The notes below the pieces were generated by a model. The model made no database searches. It saw nothing but the letters and a program-made list of their open reading frames with translations, and was not told where the DNA came from. This document shows positions 41,537-51,083 of a DNA stretch of 64,000 nucleotides, piece after piece. Made by a program: the position numbers and the translations under genes. Source of the DNA: an uncultured Cytophagia bacterium (lineage in GTDB: Bacteria; Zhuqueibacterota; Zhuqueibacteria; Thermofontimicrobiales; Thiofontviventaceae); NCBI GenBank assembly GCA_964498785.1, contig CAZCJL010000004.1, forward strand, positions 19,176 through 83,175, in the 5' to 3' direction. How positions within the stretch are numbered: position 1 is the first letter of the stretch; the number at the start of each line of letters is the position of its first letter.

Positions 41537-42934
41537 ATGGCAAATTCGATTGTTTTGGACAAACCGGTTCATTCACGTGCGTTTCGTTTAAGGCGATTTT
41601 TAAACTGGTTTCCGATGGGGCTTACGTATGCCTTTCTTTACATGGCGCGCTATAATCTCACAGTTTCAAAAAATGCACTCGGAGATCTGATGACAAAAGC
41701 AGATTTCGGAATAATTTTCGGAGCGGGTACAATTACTTATGCGTTCGCGTTTCTGATTAACGGGCCGTTGACAGATAAAATTGGCGGTAAAAAAGCAATA
41801 TTGATCGGTGCTTTCGGAAGCGCATTAATGAATATTCTTCTGGGAATTATTACGTACATGGTCGTTGCAAAACAAATGGCTCTGAATATCGCACTGATAT
41901 TTTCAATTGTCTATTCTTTGAATATGTATTTTCAAAGTTTTGGCGCAGTAGCCATTGTAAAAGTCAATTCCTCATGGTTTCATGTGCGGGAGCGGGGAAT
42001 TTTTGGCGGTATCTTCGGCATCTTAATTTCAATGGGTATTTATTTTGCGTTCGATTGGGGCGTCGCAATTGTTGAAGCCACCAGAGCGATTGTCATCACT
42101 GACTTGAGTTTTCTTCAGGTTGGTTTAAGAAATTTACTCGGGATTAGTACAGTTGCAGTCGATCAAACCTGGTGGGTATTTTTTATTCCGGCAATATTAC
42201 TGGGGATGTTTTTTGTGATTGAACTATTTTTACTAAAAGATACACCCAGTGAGGCCGGATTTGAAGATTTTGATACAGCAGATGCTTCTTCCGGCGAAGC
42301 AGACGAACCATTTCATTTACGCCAGCTTCTAAAAAAAATTCTCACCAATAAAATTATCATTACTATTGCGCTAATTGAATTTTGTACCGGCGTATTAAGA
42401 AACGGGATTATGCACTGGTATTTAATTTTTACAAATGAGATAAACCTCAGTCCCGATCATTTTATGCGCGCACACTGGGGCTTAATCCTGATGTTAGCCG
42501 GCTCATTCGGAGGAATATTCGCTGGTTTTGTTTCTGATAAAATATTTGGCTCGCGTCGCGGTCCGGTGGCTGCGCTGTTTTACGGACTTATGGTTTTGCT
42601 AACACTTGTGATGGGATTTGTTTTACATCTCAATCCGTTCATTCTGGGTGCAATTGTATCATTTATGTCGTTAGCCGTCATTGGGACGCATGGCATGTTA
42701 TCAGGTACCGCGACAATGGATTTTGGCGGTCGCAAAGGCGCTGCAACCGCAGTGGGACTTATTGATGGATTCGTTTATCTGGGGACAGGTTTGCAGTCCA
42801 TTTCACTTGGCTTCTTGCTATCAAAAAGCTGGGGCTATTGGGCGCCATTTCTGCTGCCTTTTGCAATCCTCGGTTTTATTTTAGCAGTTAAAATTTGGTA
42901 CGCTTTTCCGCAAGCAAAACGTAAAGGACATTAA
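41537..42934 (+). CDS. MFS transporter, organophosphate antiporter (GlpT/UhpC-like) type
   Basis: YAFLYMARYNL, NGPLTDKIGGK, WFHVRERG, LKDTP..AG, SDKIFGSRR, ATAVGLIDGFVYLG. Confidence 0.85.
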   Translation: MANSIVLDKPVHSRAFRLRRFLNWFPMGLTYAFLYMARYNLTVSKNALGDLMTKADFGIIFGAGTITYAFAFLINGPLTDKIGGKKAILIGAFGSALMNILLGIITYMVVAKQMALNIALIFSIVYSLNMYFQSFGAVAIVKVNSSWFHVRERGIFGGIFGILISMGIYFAFDWGVAIVEATRAIVITDLSFLQVGLRNLLGISTVAVDQTWWVFFIPAILLGMFFVIELFLLKDTPSEAGFEDFDTADASSGEADEPFHLRQLLKKILTNKIIITIALIEFCTGVLRNGIMHWYLIFTNEINLSPDHFMRAHWGLILMLAGSFGGIFAGFVSDKIFGSRRGPVAALFYGLMVLLTLVMGFVLHLNPFILGAIVSFMSLAVIGTHGMLSGTATMDFGGRKGAATAVGLIDGFVYLGTGLQSISLGFLLSKSWGYWAPFLLPFAILGFILAVKIWYAFPQAKRKGH

Positions 42935-42937
42935 AAT

Positions 42938-43654
42938 ATGAAAAAAAATACATTTGATGTTATTATTTTGACAGCCCGGCCGGCGTCGGGAAAATCGGAA
43001 GTCATCAACTTTCTTAAAAACACTGATCTTGAAACCCGAAAAAAGCGTTTTCATATTGGCGAGTTTGAAGAAATCGATGATTTTCCGTATGTATGGGATT
43101 CATTTGTTGTGGATGACATTCTCTCAAAACATGGCAAAGAACGCCTGCTTACAGATAAGAACTATTATTTTAAAGATCATTTCGTTTGGAATTTGTTCAT
43201 TGAAAAAATGAATGTTGCTTATGCACGCAAACTCGCTTATAATCCTGAATACCACGATAAATATACCACAATTTTTGAATTTGCCCGCGGGGGTGAAGAT
43301 GGTATCGGAGAAGCGCTCTCTTATGTGGATAAGAATATCTTACAAAAAGCAGGCATTTTTTATATAAAAGTCTCTTATAAAGAATCAGTTCGGAAAAATC
43401 GATTGCGTGCCCGAAAAGGGCAGGAAGACTCTATTTTATTCCATTCTCTCCCGGATGAAAAAATGGATTTTTACTATAAAATCAATGATTGGGAAAAATT
43501 AACAAAAGATGATCCGAATTATATTGACGTAAATGGAATTAAAGTTCCGTACGCGGTTTTTGATAATGAAAAAGATTTAACCACACATCCGGGCGAACAA
43601 TTAGGCAACGCACTTGAAGAAACATTCGGAAAATTGTGGAAATTACGCAGATAG
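42938..43654 (+). CDS. Hypothetical P-loop protein with an NMP-kinase-like fold
   Basis: VIILTARPASGKSE Walker-A-like motif near the N-terminus; 3 bp after the MFS stop. Confidence 0.65.
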   Translation: MKKNTFDVIILTARPASGKSEVINFLKNTDLETRKKRFHIGEFEEIDDFPYVWDSFVVDDILSKHGKERLLTDKNYYFKDHFVWNLFIEKMNVAYARKLAYNPEYHDKYTTIFEFARGGEDGIGEALSYVDKNILQKAGIFYIKVSYKESVRKNRLRARKGQEDSILFHSLPDEKMDFYYKINDWEKLTKDDPNYIDVNGIKVPYAVFDNEKDLTTHPGEQLGNALEETFGKLWKLRR

Positions 43655-43657
43655 TTT

Positions 43658-43763
43658 AGATTTCCGAAGTCGACAAATGTGAAAAGTCTTTTTATCACAC
43701 CAGAACTCGAGGAAAACAATGAGACAAAACAGATTTCCGAAGTCTCCAAGACTTCGGAAATCT
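43658..43763. repeat. REP-like perfect palindrome plus a half copy between convergent genes
   Basis: agatttccgaagtct-cca-agacttcggaaatct (43731-43763, perfect 15-bp stem); half site agatttccgaagtc at 43658-43671. Confidence 0.8.
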
Positions 43764-43773
43764 TTATCCATAA

Positions 43774-45282
43774 CTATTCTTTGACGATACGCCCTTCGAC
43801 CTGCGAATTGATTTTTCCTTTCTTTTCAATGGCTTTAATCACCACATCCGCGATGGGTATGCCCATGTTGGTGAATTCGTCAATTTTCATTCCAAGATAT
43901 TTTTTATCGTTCGCCAACACATAATCCACGGTGGCGACTTTATAAGTTTTATCAGGATCGAGCTTTTGTCCGCCAACCATTGCTTCAACAATAGATACGT
44001 TCCCATTGTCGTTTATTGACCAGCGATATTTCACTCCTGAAATTTGTAAAATTCCGAAACTATTATCAACCGTGGCCACGGCATTTGTCTCGAGAATTTT
44101 TAACAACTTTTGGCCGCTAATTTCAAAATGGCAGATCGGATTGGTAAATGGCAATATTTCTTTAATATCAATGGCACGAATATCGCCTTTTTGCAATCCG
44201 GCACGAATACCGCCGCTGTTCAGGACTGCAAAATCGGCGTCAGTAAATTTTCGGACACAATCAGTCAGAAAATTTCCGATATTACTCTCTCCCCTGCTGC
44301 TTCTCTTCCAGGGAGTGGCTAAATAGCCGATGGTTCTGCCGTATCTTTCATCAATTATTTGGGTATATTTATTTATTTCATTTTCAAGCGTTTCATTTTT
44401 TTTGATATGAGTTGCATTTAAAAACTCCAAATCACTCTTATAATCCTGAACTGTATCCGCGGCAACAGTCACATCTAAACGGCCTAAATAGATCAATTTT
44501 GAAGACGCCTGAAGAATTAATTTCCCATTAATAATTCTTGGTTCAGATAATTTTGTGTGGCTGTGCCCGCCAATAATAATATCCACCCGATCATCGATTT
44601 GTTTGGCAAGATACATGTCCTGTTCAATTCCGGCATGAGAGAGTACAATAATCAAATCTGTTTCAGCGTCGATTTTCTCGGCAATGGATTGAACAATATC
44701 AACCTGTGATTTGGTGTATACCTGCTGCTGCTGTTCTGCGTTCAGATAACCGGCCAGTTCGTGAACCATAACGCCAATCACGCCAATTTTCATATTTCCT
44801 TTTTCATAAATATGATAAGGCTGGGCAGTAAATAATTCACCATCAGCTTTGAATAAATTACTTGAAAAGACCGGATAATTGCACATCTCTATCAGCTTGT
44901 TGCAGTTATCCACAGAAATATCAAGTTCATGATTACCAATCGTCGCGCCATGATAACCGACAAGATTCATGAAAGAAATCAACGCGCCGCCTTTTGCGCC
45001 ATTCACTTCGATATCGCAAATCGGATTTCCGGTCATAAAATCACCTGCATCGAACAATAGATAATTTCCCGATGTTTCTTCGTCGATTTTTTTTACATAG
45101 TATTTTAATGCTAAAAATCCACCGTATTCCAGCGGTTTGCCACCAGATTTTTTCTTGTTTGAAACGCTATGTAAATAATTACCATGAATATCATTTGTGT
45201 GCAAAATTGTGATTTTTTCCTGGGCATGAATCCCGTATACAAAAAAAGATGCAAAAAGTAACATTGCTATTCGTTTAATCAT
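43774..45282 (-). CDS. Secreted 5'-nucleotidase / UDP-sugar hydrolase
   Basis: ILHTNDIHG, FDAGD, IGNHELD, LSHAG, IIGGHSH, ESNIGNF.TD, NSGGIR. Confidence 0.92.
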   Translation of the reverse strand: MIKRIAMLLFASFFVYGIHAQEKITILHTNDIHGNYLHSVSNKKKSGGKPLEYGGFLALKYYVKKIDEETSGNYLLFDAGDFMTGNPICDIEVNGAKGGALISFMNLVGYHGATIGNHELDISVDNCNKLIEMCNYPVFSSNLFKADGELFTAQPYHIYEKGNMKIGVIGVMVHELAGYLNAEQQQQVYTKSQVDIVQSIAEKIDAETDLIIVLSHAGIEQDMYLAKQIDDRVDIIIGGHSHTKLSEPRIINGKLILQASSKLIYLGRLDVTVAADTVQDYKSDLEFLNATHIKKNETLENEINKYTQIIDERYGRTIGYLATPWKRSSRGESNIGNFLTDCVRKFTDADFAVLNSGGIRAGLQKGDIRAIDIKEILPFTNPICHFEISGQKLLKILETNAVATVDNSFGILQISGVKYRWSINDNGNVSIVEAMVGGQKLDPDKTYKVATVDYVLANDKKYLGMKIDEFTNMGIPIADVVIKAIEKKGKINSQVEGRIVKE

Positions 45283-45304
45283 CAGTTGCCTCGACGTATA
45301 ATTA

Positions 45305-46171
45305 TTATTTGGTTAATTGTATCTGTCCGGTCTTATTAAAAGGTAAATTAACGTTTTTTAAAAGAGGGGCAGATGTATTTAAATCAATATTACTGGTTAA
45401 TTCATAATTTAAATTGGAATCACCTTTAATTAAATTGTAAGCCGTTTGTCCCATTTTTAAAAAATCCAATGACATGGGAATTGATACTGTCGATTCGCCA
45501 TTTTCATTCACAGTCATTAAATTTTGTTTAACACCGCTGGCCCATTTCATTCCGTTTACAGCAAAATCATAGTTCAAATTTTTCAGGAATAATGAAAATG
45601 CATTTGGATTATCAATCGCGAGATTCAATTCAAGATCAGCGCCAGTAAAATTAATTTTTTTCAATTTAAGGGAAGATATTTTTAATTTTGGGAGCTGTAC
45701 CAACGGAATTTGTCCGGATTTACTTACAGGAATCGGAGTGCGCCCAACTACCGGCAAGTTGAAATATAAAGTGGATTTGAATGAGTATTTTGAACTATCC
45801 TGGTTTTGCATTGATGTAAATGTTTTATACAAATCCGAAAAATTAAGCGAAAGCGGAATTTCGATCTGGCTTTCTCCGGCTGCATCTACAACTAACTCGT
45901 CTCCTTTTTGGCCTTTAATAAAAGATGCGCCGTCAATCTGAAAATCATAATCAAAACCAGCCATACTAACGGCAAACGCATTTGGATTCGTTATATTCAA
46001 ATCAAATGCAAAATCCACCTCCTCGAAAGTTAAATTCACAAAACGAATATTTTGTAATTTAACATCCGGTTTGCTTGCTTTGGCCAATTCCTGAATAGCC
46101 GCACAATTTACTAAAATGAGGCCGGAAACAATTAATAAGAGTATAAAATTTCTTTTTAATGCGTTATTCAT
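45305..46171 (-). CDS. LEA type 2 (WHy) two-domain lipoprotein
   Basis: Lipobox LVNC; duplicated domain (I.NPNAF...FDYDFQIDG / IDNPNAF...LNYDFAVNG). Confidence 0.82.
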   Translation of the reverse strand: MNNALKRNFILLLIVSGLILVNCAAIQELAKASKPDVKLQNIRFVNLTFEEVDFAFDLNITNPNAFAVSMAGFDYDFQIDGASFIKGQKGDELVVDAAGESQIEIPLSLNFSDLYKTFTSMQNQDSSKYSFKSTLYFNLPVVGRTPIPVSKSGQIPLVQLPKLKISSLKLKKINFTGADLELNLAIDNPNAFSLFLKNLNYDFAVNGMKWASGVKQNLMTVNENGESTVSIPMSLDFLKMGQTAYNLIKGDSNLNYELTSNIDLNTSAPLLKNVNLPFNKTGQIQLTK

Positions 46172-46245
46172 AATGATTCCTTTCTTAAATTAATTCTTGA
46201 ATAGAACGATTTTAAAAAAAAGAAGTTACTTTTCAGCATAGAGCT

Positions 46246-46271
46246 GTCATTCCTGCGGATGCAGGAGTGAC
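46246..46271. repeat. REP-like hairpin (GTCATTCCTGC type)
   Basis: gtcattcctgc-ggat-gcaggagtgac, 11-bp stem with one G-T pair. Confidence 0.5.
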
Positions 46272-46307
46272 GTCTGAATAGTTACAAAAAGAATATCACA
46301 ACAGTTT

Positions 46308-46814
46308 TTATTTTTTTAATACTTTGGCAACCGCTTTTTTAAACCAAACGGTATAATTCTCAGGGTTCTGTTTCAAATCTGTTTTTAATTCATCTAAATT
46401 CAGCCATTTAAAAGACTCCACTTCATTACCATCAGTGTGTATTTCGCCATCATAAAAGCCGATAAAAACGTGGTCAAGTTCATTTTCAGTGAGGTTGTGA
46501 TCTAGTGTTGCTTTATAAAGAAATTGAAACGCGTGGTTCAAATCACAATCAAAGCCCATTTCTTCTTGCAGCCGGCGGTGCGCAGCGCTCTCAACAGATT
46601 CGCCTTTTCTGGGATGGCTGCAACATGTATTTGTCCACAAGCCACCGGAATGGTATTTTTTTCGTGCGCGCTGTTGTAATAACATTTCACCCTTCGAATT
46701 AAAAATAAATATCGAAAAAGCCCGATGCAACTTTCCATCTTTGTGCGCCTGCATTTTTTCTTCAACACCAATTTCATTATCATCCTGATCAACCAATATC
46801 ACCTGCTCACTCAT
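46308..46814 (-). CDS. idi: Isopentenyl-diphosphate delta-isomerase, type 1
   Basis: LHRAFSIFIFN, GLWTNTCCSHP, ENELDHVF. Confidence 0.95.
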   Translation of the reverse strand: MSEQVILVDQDDNEIGVEEKMQAHKDGKLHRAFSIFIFNSKGEMLLQQRARKKYHSGGLWTNTCCSHPRKGESVESAAHRRLQEEMGFDCDLNHAFQFLYKATLDHNLTENELDHVFIGFYDGEIHTDGNEVESFKWLNLDELKTDLKQNPENYTVWFKKAVAKVLKK

Positions 46815-47510
46815 TTACTTTCCTTTCATTGAAAAAAATTCTTTTTCATTCAAAAATCGTTTCCCAAATTGACAATGCACTTGAATCGGACATTGTGTAC
46901 ATTTTGGATTACGAGCTTTGCAAATTGTTCGGCCCAGGTTTAATAAATTCATGTGAAATGAATAGGATTTTCCATCCGGAACAAGCGCTTGCATGTGCCA
47001 ATGCGTTTTTTCAGCACTTGCATTTTCCGCCAAAAATCCAATTCGTCTGCAAATTCGGTGAACGTGTGTATCTACCGGAAAAACATCCACCCCACAGGAG
47101 AACATCAAAACCACACTTATGGTTTTAATGCCAATTCCTTTCAATTGCATAAATGTTTTGGTCACCTCGTCCGGGTTCATTTTGCAGATAAAATCAATGT
47201 TTAATGAACCGTACGTTTTATTTATCCACTGTAAAATTTCCTTTATGCGAACGCTTTTCTGATTCGCCAAACCGGCCACCCGAATGGCAGCGGTAATTCT
47301 TTCAGGCGGAGCGTTCATTACATTGTGCCAGGTCGAAAAGCGTTCGATTAATTTATTGTATGCCCTGTCCCGATTCAAATCGTTTGTACTTTGAGATAAT
47401 ATAGTTTTAATTAAACTGGCTAACGGATCTCCTCGTCCCTGCCAGTAAGGCACTCCGAACTCATCTTCCAATAATGGTATAATTTCGATAACTTTCTGCC
47501 GATCGTCCAT
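46815..47510 (-). CDS. nth: Endonuclease III family DNA glycosylase
   Basis: ILSQST.D, HhH motif LKGIGIKT, FPVDTHV.R, C-x6-C-x2-C-x5-C FeS motif. Confidence 0.88.
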   Translation of the reverse strand: MDDRQKVIEIIPLLEDEFGVPYWQGRGDPLASLIKTILSQSTNDLNRDRAYNKLIERFSTWHNVMNAPPERITAAIRVAGLANQKSVRIKEILQWINKTYGSLNIDFICKMNPDEVTKTFMQLKGIGIKTISVVLMFSCGVDVFPVDTHVHRICRRIGFLAENASAEKTHWHMQALVPDGKSYSFHMNLLNLGRTICKARNPKCTQCPIQVHCQFGKRFLNEKEFFSMKGK

Positions 47511-47653
47511 CCGGTCTCATTTTCCGTGAAGTATTCGTGCGAAATTTTTACATATTTAATGGGATATCACAAGTCAAACATCAGATGATAAGAATATCCG
47601 GAATCAACTGTCTCATATCTCATACCCGGCGTCTCGCTTGTCAGATGTTCAAT

Positions 47654-47977
47654 TTACCGATCGCCTTGACTTTTGATTAACTTTTCGATCTCGTCCGCGA
47701 AGTTCTTGTCACTGACAGCAAGCACTGCGAGTTCATTTCGTCCTAATAATGCGCCCAGCCTGTTTTTTTCTGACAGGTGAATTATTTTTATGTTCCCTGC
47801 TAATGATCTGATTTCTTTTTCTAACTTTCTCGAAGCATCGGTACTAAAAATGATCAGCCTTGTTTTTGACTGCTTCAATGACTTTATCACGGCAAATCTG
47901 CCCGCATCAAGTTTTCCGGCGCGCATTGCCAATCCGATCAATCCAAATATTTTTTGAAGCTGAATTTCATCATTCAT
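47654..47977 (-). CDS. L7Ae/L30e/S12e-family RNA-binding protein (YlxQ-like)
   Basis: GLIGLAMRAGKL..G, LIIFSTDAS, LGALLGR...AVLAV.D..FA. Confidence 0.82.
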   Translation of the reverse strand: MNDEIQLQKIFGLIGLAMRAGKLDAGRFAVIKSLKQSKTRLIIFSTDASRKLEKEIRSLAGNIKIIHLSEKNRLGALLGRNELAVLAVSDKNFADEIEKLIKSQGDR

Positions 47978-48048
47978 AAATTAATATATCCAAATTGTAA
48001 CTAAGATAAACCAATTCAATTTAAAAAGCAAGCAAAAGTCGCATCAAT

Positions 48049-49569
48049 TCATTGCTTAATTACCCGTTCACCGTGTTCGAAATCATACATTGTTTTACGC
48101 GTTAAATCGGAAAGCGCCAGTTTATAATCGATCAACACATCCAGAAAATCTCGTTTTGCGGCTGCTAACCGTTGTTGATCCAGCGCTAACTCCTGGCTTG
48201 TAATATCGCCATTTTCAAAGCGATGAAGACTTATATTGTAACTTCTTTGGGCAATTTCTGTTCTTCTTTTAGAAATGTGCAACCTGTTTTTCGTCTCCTG
48301 AATATCATCAAGCGCGCCGCGAATTTCGCGTAATATAGATACTCGCTGTTCTTCCATATCATATTTCGCAGCCTGTAAATGGGTTTGCGCCGCATTTACT
48401 TCCGCCTGATTAACTCCCCAGTCCCATAGCGGAATTGTTAAACTCAACCGAAAGCCTCTGTTTTGGGGACGTTCCTGCATATCTGAAATACTCGAATTTA
48501 CCAGACGACGAAATCCGCTATCCTGTAAATTATCCAGGCTAATCCCGGACAAATCGTAAAATGCGTACAAATCTCCTCGTATTTGCCATTGACTCTCAAT
48601 TTCTTTGAGTTGCATTTTGGCAAGTTCAATCACAATCGTCTTATCACGTATTTCAATTCGGTTCCGCAAGCCCTCTTCAATCGCTTTTTGAGAATCGATT
48701 TCAATCATTTTAAATGATAACTCATTTTGGATTAAAATATTATCGGTAAGCTTTAAGCCGATAAATTGTTTGAACGCATCCAGTTGCCGCTTTAAACTCC
48801 CCTGTGCCTCATAATGCGCATTCTGACATTCGGCATAATCCACTTCCATTTGCAAAACTTCCACTTCCGGAATCAAACCGGCCTTGAATTTTTGCTGTGC
48901 CAATTGATACGATTGCTCCAGTAATTTTAACTGTTCTTGTACGATTTCTGTTGCCCGCTGCATTTTATAAACTGAAAAAAATCGACTTTTCACATTGTAA
49001 ACCAAATCAAGCTTTGTGATGTCTATCGAACGATTGGCTTGTTCATAGTTTAAGGTTGCCTTTTTTAGTCCATACCGGAGATTATTAATTGTAAACAGGG
49101 GTTGATGAAAACTAATGTTCAGGGATGATAAAAATCGTCTTGTTGTCGTGTCGCTAAAAGAAGGACGCCAGTAGGTTTCTGTTAAATGATTAAAGGAAGA
49201 TGTTAGTCGAATTTCCCCGTTTGTCGGAAGCGGCTGAACGACAGACAGGTTTCCGCTAAAATTATAAGTTCCACGGGTGCTGTAAATTTTAAATCCCCCT
49301 GCCTGGTCGATCCCGGCTAAACTTTCATAAAAATTTGGTAAATCAAAATCCATTAACGCCCGAGTACGAAATTGTCCTTTTGCAGAAATTAAATTCTCCC
49401 GGGCGCGAATGACTGACAATCTCAGATTCTTCATGGTGTAGCTCTTTTCTAACGCAATTTCAATAGCATCAGTTAAAGTTAAAGTTACAATCTCCTGGCT
49501 TTGAGAATGTACTTTAAAACATATAAGCAATATAAATATCCAAATTAGAAAGATAAACTTTTCTTTCAT
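48049..49569 (-). CDS. TolC-family outer membrane efflux protein
   Basis: Signal peptide, LTLTDAIEIALE, QKFKAGLIP..EVLQ, LTIPLWDWG, RFENG.IT. Confidence 0.88.
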   Translation of the reverse strand: MKEKFIFLIWIFILLICFKVHSQSQEIVTLTLTDAIEIALEKSYTMKNLRLSVIRARENLISAKGQFRTRALMDFDLPNFYESLAGIDQAGGFKIYSTRGTYNFSGNLSVVQPLPTNGEIRLTSSFNHLTETYWRPSFSDTTTRRFLSSLNISFHQPLFTINNLRYGLKKATLNYEQANRSIDITKLDLVYNVKSRFFSVYKMQRATEIVQEQLKLLEQSYQLAQQKFKAGLIPEVEVLQMEVDYAECQNAHYEAQGSLKRQLDAFKQFIGLKLTDNILIQNELSFKMIEIDSQKAIEEGLRNRIEIRDKTIVIELAKMQLKEIESQWQIRGDLYAFYDLSGISLDNLQDSGFRRLVNSSISDMQERPQNRGFRLSLTIPLWDWGVNQAEVNAAQTHLQAAKYDMEEQRVSILREIRGALDDIQETKNRLHISKRRTEIAQRSYNISLHRFENGDITSQELALDQQRLAAAKRDFLDVLIDYKLALSDLTRKTMYDFEHGERVIKQ

Positions 49570-49844
49570 TGAAAAAATCCTATTTTAAACAATACAACCT
49601 AAAATTTTAAAATGAAAATAAAATGATTACCTAAATTGATTGAACATTCCGGAGTGGATCGCTTTTGCAAGCTGCCCATGAAACACCCGTGCAAAGGTTT
49701 TCAAAAAGGAATGGCCTGTATATATTGTACAGCTTCTAAACCTTTTATCAAAAAAATCGATCGGTACAATTGAATTGTTCATTTTCGTTTAGAATTTCAG
49801 GATAACATAATTTTTTTGAATTCGTTAAAGGTATGGGGCGCCTG

Positions 49845-51083
49845 TCATTCAAATCTTAATGAATCGATGGGATTTAATGACGCTGCTTTTTTTGCTGGCA
49901 AAAATCCAAAAACAACTCCAATAATGCCTGACACAAAAAATGCCAGAAAAATCGAATACAATGTGACAACAGTTCGATAGTTAGTAACCCAACCGATAAT
50001 CAAAGACATGGAAATTCCAACGATTACTCCGATCGTGCCGCCGACGATCGCCATGGTAACCGCTTCGGTCAGAAATTGATACAATATTTCTGAGCGTGAT
50101 GCTCCAATCGCTCTGCGAATACCAATTTCTCGAATACGTTCCGAAACAGTTGCCAGCATAATATTCATAATTCCAATTCCACCCACCAATAAGGAAATAG
50201 CGGCAATGCATCCCAACAATACATTATAAGTTTGACGTTCTTTTGCTTCTTGTTTTAATAATTCATACGGAATGATAATGCTGTAATCACTATTTTGATA
50301 ATGCCTGCGATGAAGTATTCTGCGTACCACATTTGCAGTATTCAGCAGGTGCGTTAGTTCATTCGTCTGAATTGTTATCTGCCTGATTTGGCTTGAAAAT
50401 TCATTTTCCGGAGGAAAACGGTTTAAAAAAGTTGTGAGCGGAATATAAACATCATAATTTAAATCCCGCGCTGCCAGCTCACCGATGGTTTCTGTAAACA
50501 ACATTTTATTTGACATTACGCCAATAACTGCAAACCACTGATCATCTAATTTGACAAGTTGATTCAACACATCGCCAGTCGGGAACAGCGTTCGGGCAAT
50601 TTGTGCGCCTAAAATGCATACTTTTAAAGAACGCTGGCACTGTTCTTCTCGAATAAAATGCCCTGCCTGTAGTGAATAATTTAAAATATTTTCAAAATTT
50701 GGTGTGATCCCAACCAAGGTGGCTTTTGTTGAATTATCGCCGGATCTGGCCAGGATTTTTTTTTCAGCCTGCGGGCAAACAGACTTCACCCCGGGAATAA
50801 CTGCCTCAATTGCTTTTGCATCCTGAATCGAAAGACCGCTAGAAAATCGGGCACGCACCGCCAATAACTCCTTTTCTGTCAGATCTTTTTCCCGGACGAT
50901 AATATTAGAAATACCGAGCTCCTGATATTTTCGAATTGCTTCGAATTTTGCTCCTTCTCCTATAGAAAGCATGGCAATAACTGCGGCAACACCGAAAATT
51001 ATTCCCGACATCGTTAGCAGCGATCGCAATCGATGACTTAGCAATCCTTCAACTGATACTTTCAAATTCTCTTCGAACTGCAT
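49845..51083 (-). CDS. MacB/FtsX-type ABC permease without a fused ATPase
   Basis: RLRSLLTM.GIIFGVAAVIAMLSIGEGA, LLVGGIGIMNIMLATVSER.REIGIRRAIGA, PAKKAA.LNPIDSLRFE. Start placed at ATG 51083. Confidence 0.92.
   Translation of the reverse strand: MQFEENLKVSVEGLLSHRLRSLLTMSGIIFGVAAVIAMLSIGEGAKFEAIRKYQELGISNIIVREKDLTEKELLAVRARFSSGLSIQDAKAIEAVIPGVKSVCPQAEKKILARSGDNSTKATLVGITPNFENILNYSLQAGHFIREEQCQRSLKVCILGAQIARTLFPTGDVLNQLVKLDDQWFAVIGVMSNKMLFTETIGELAARDLNYDVYIPLTTFLNRFPPENEFSSQIRQITIQTNELTHLLNTANVVRRILHRRHYQNSDYSIIIPYELLKQEAKERQTYNVLLGCIAAISLLVGGIGIMNIMLATVSERIREIGIRRAIGASRSEILYQFLTEAVTMAIVGGTIGVIVGISMSLIIGWVTNYRTVVTLYSIFLAFFVSGIIGVVFGFLPAKKAASLNPIDSLRFE

Noticed and set aside
49570-49844. Remnant of the missing ABC ATPase between the permease and TolC
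   Set aside because: No Walker A/B or signature-like peptide was found in the frames I read.
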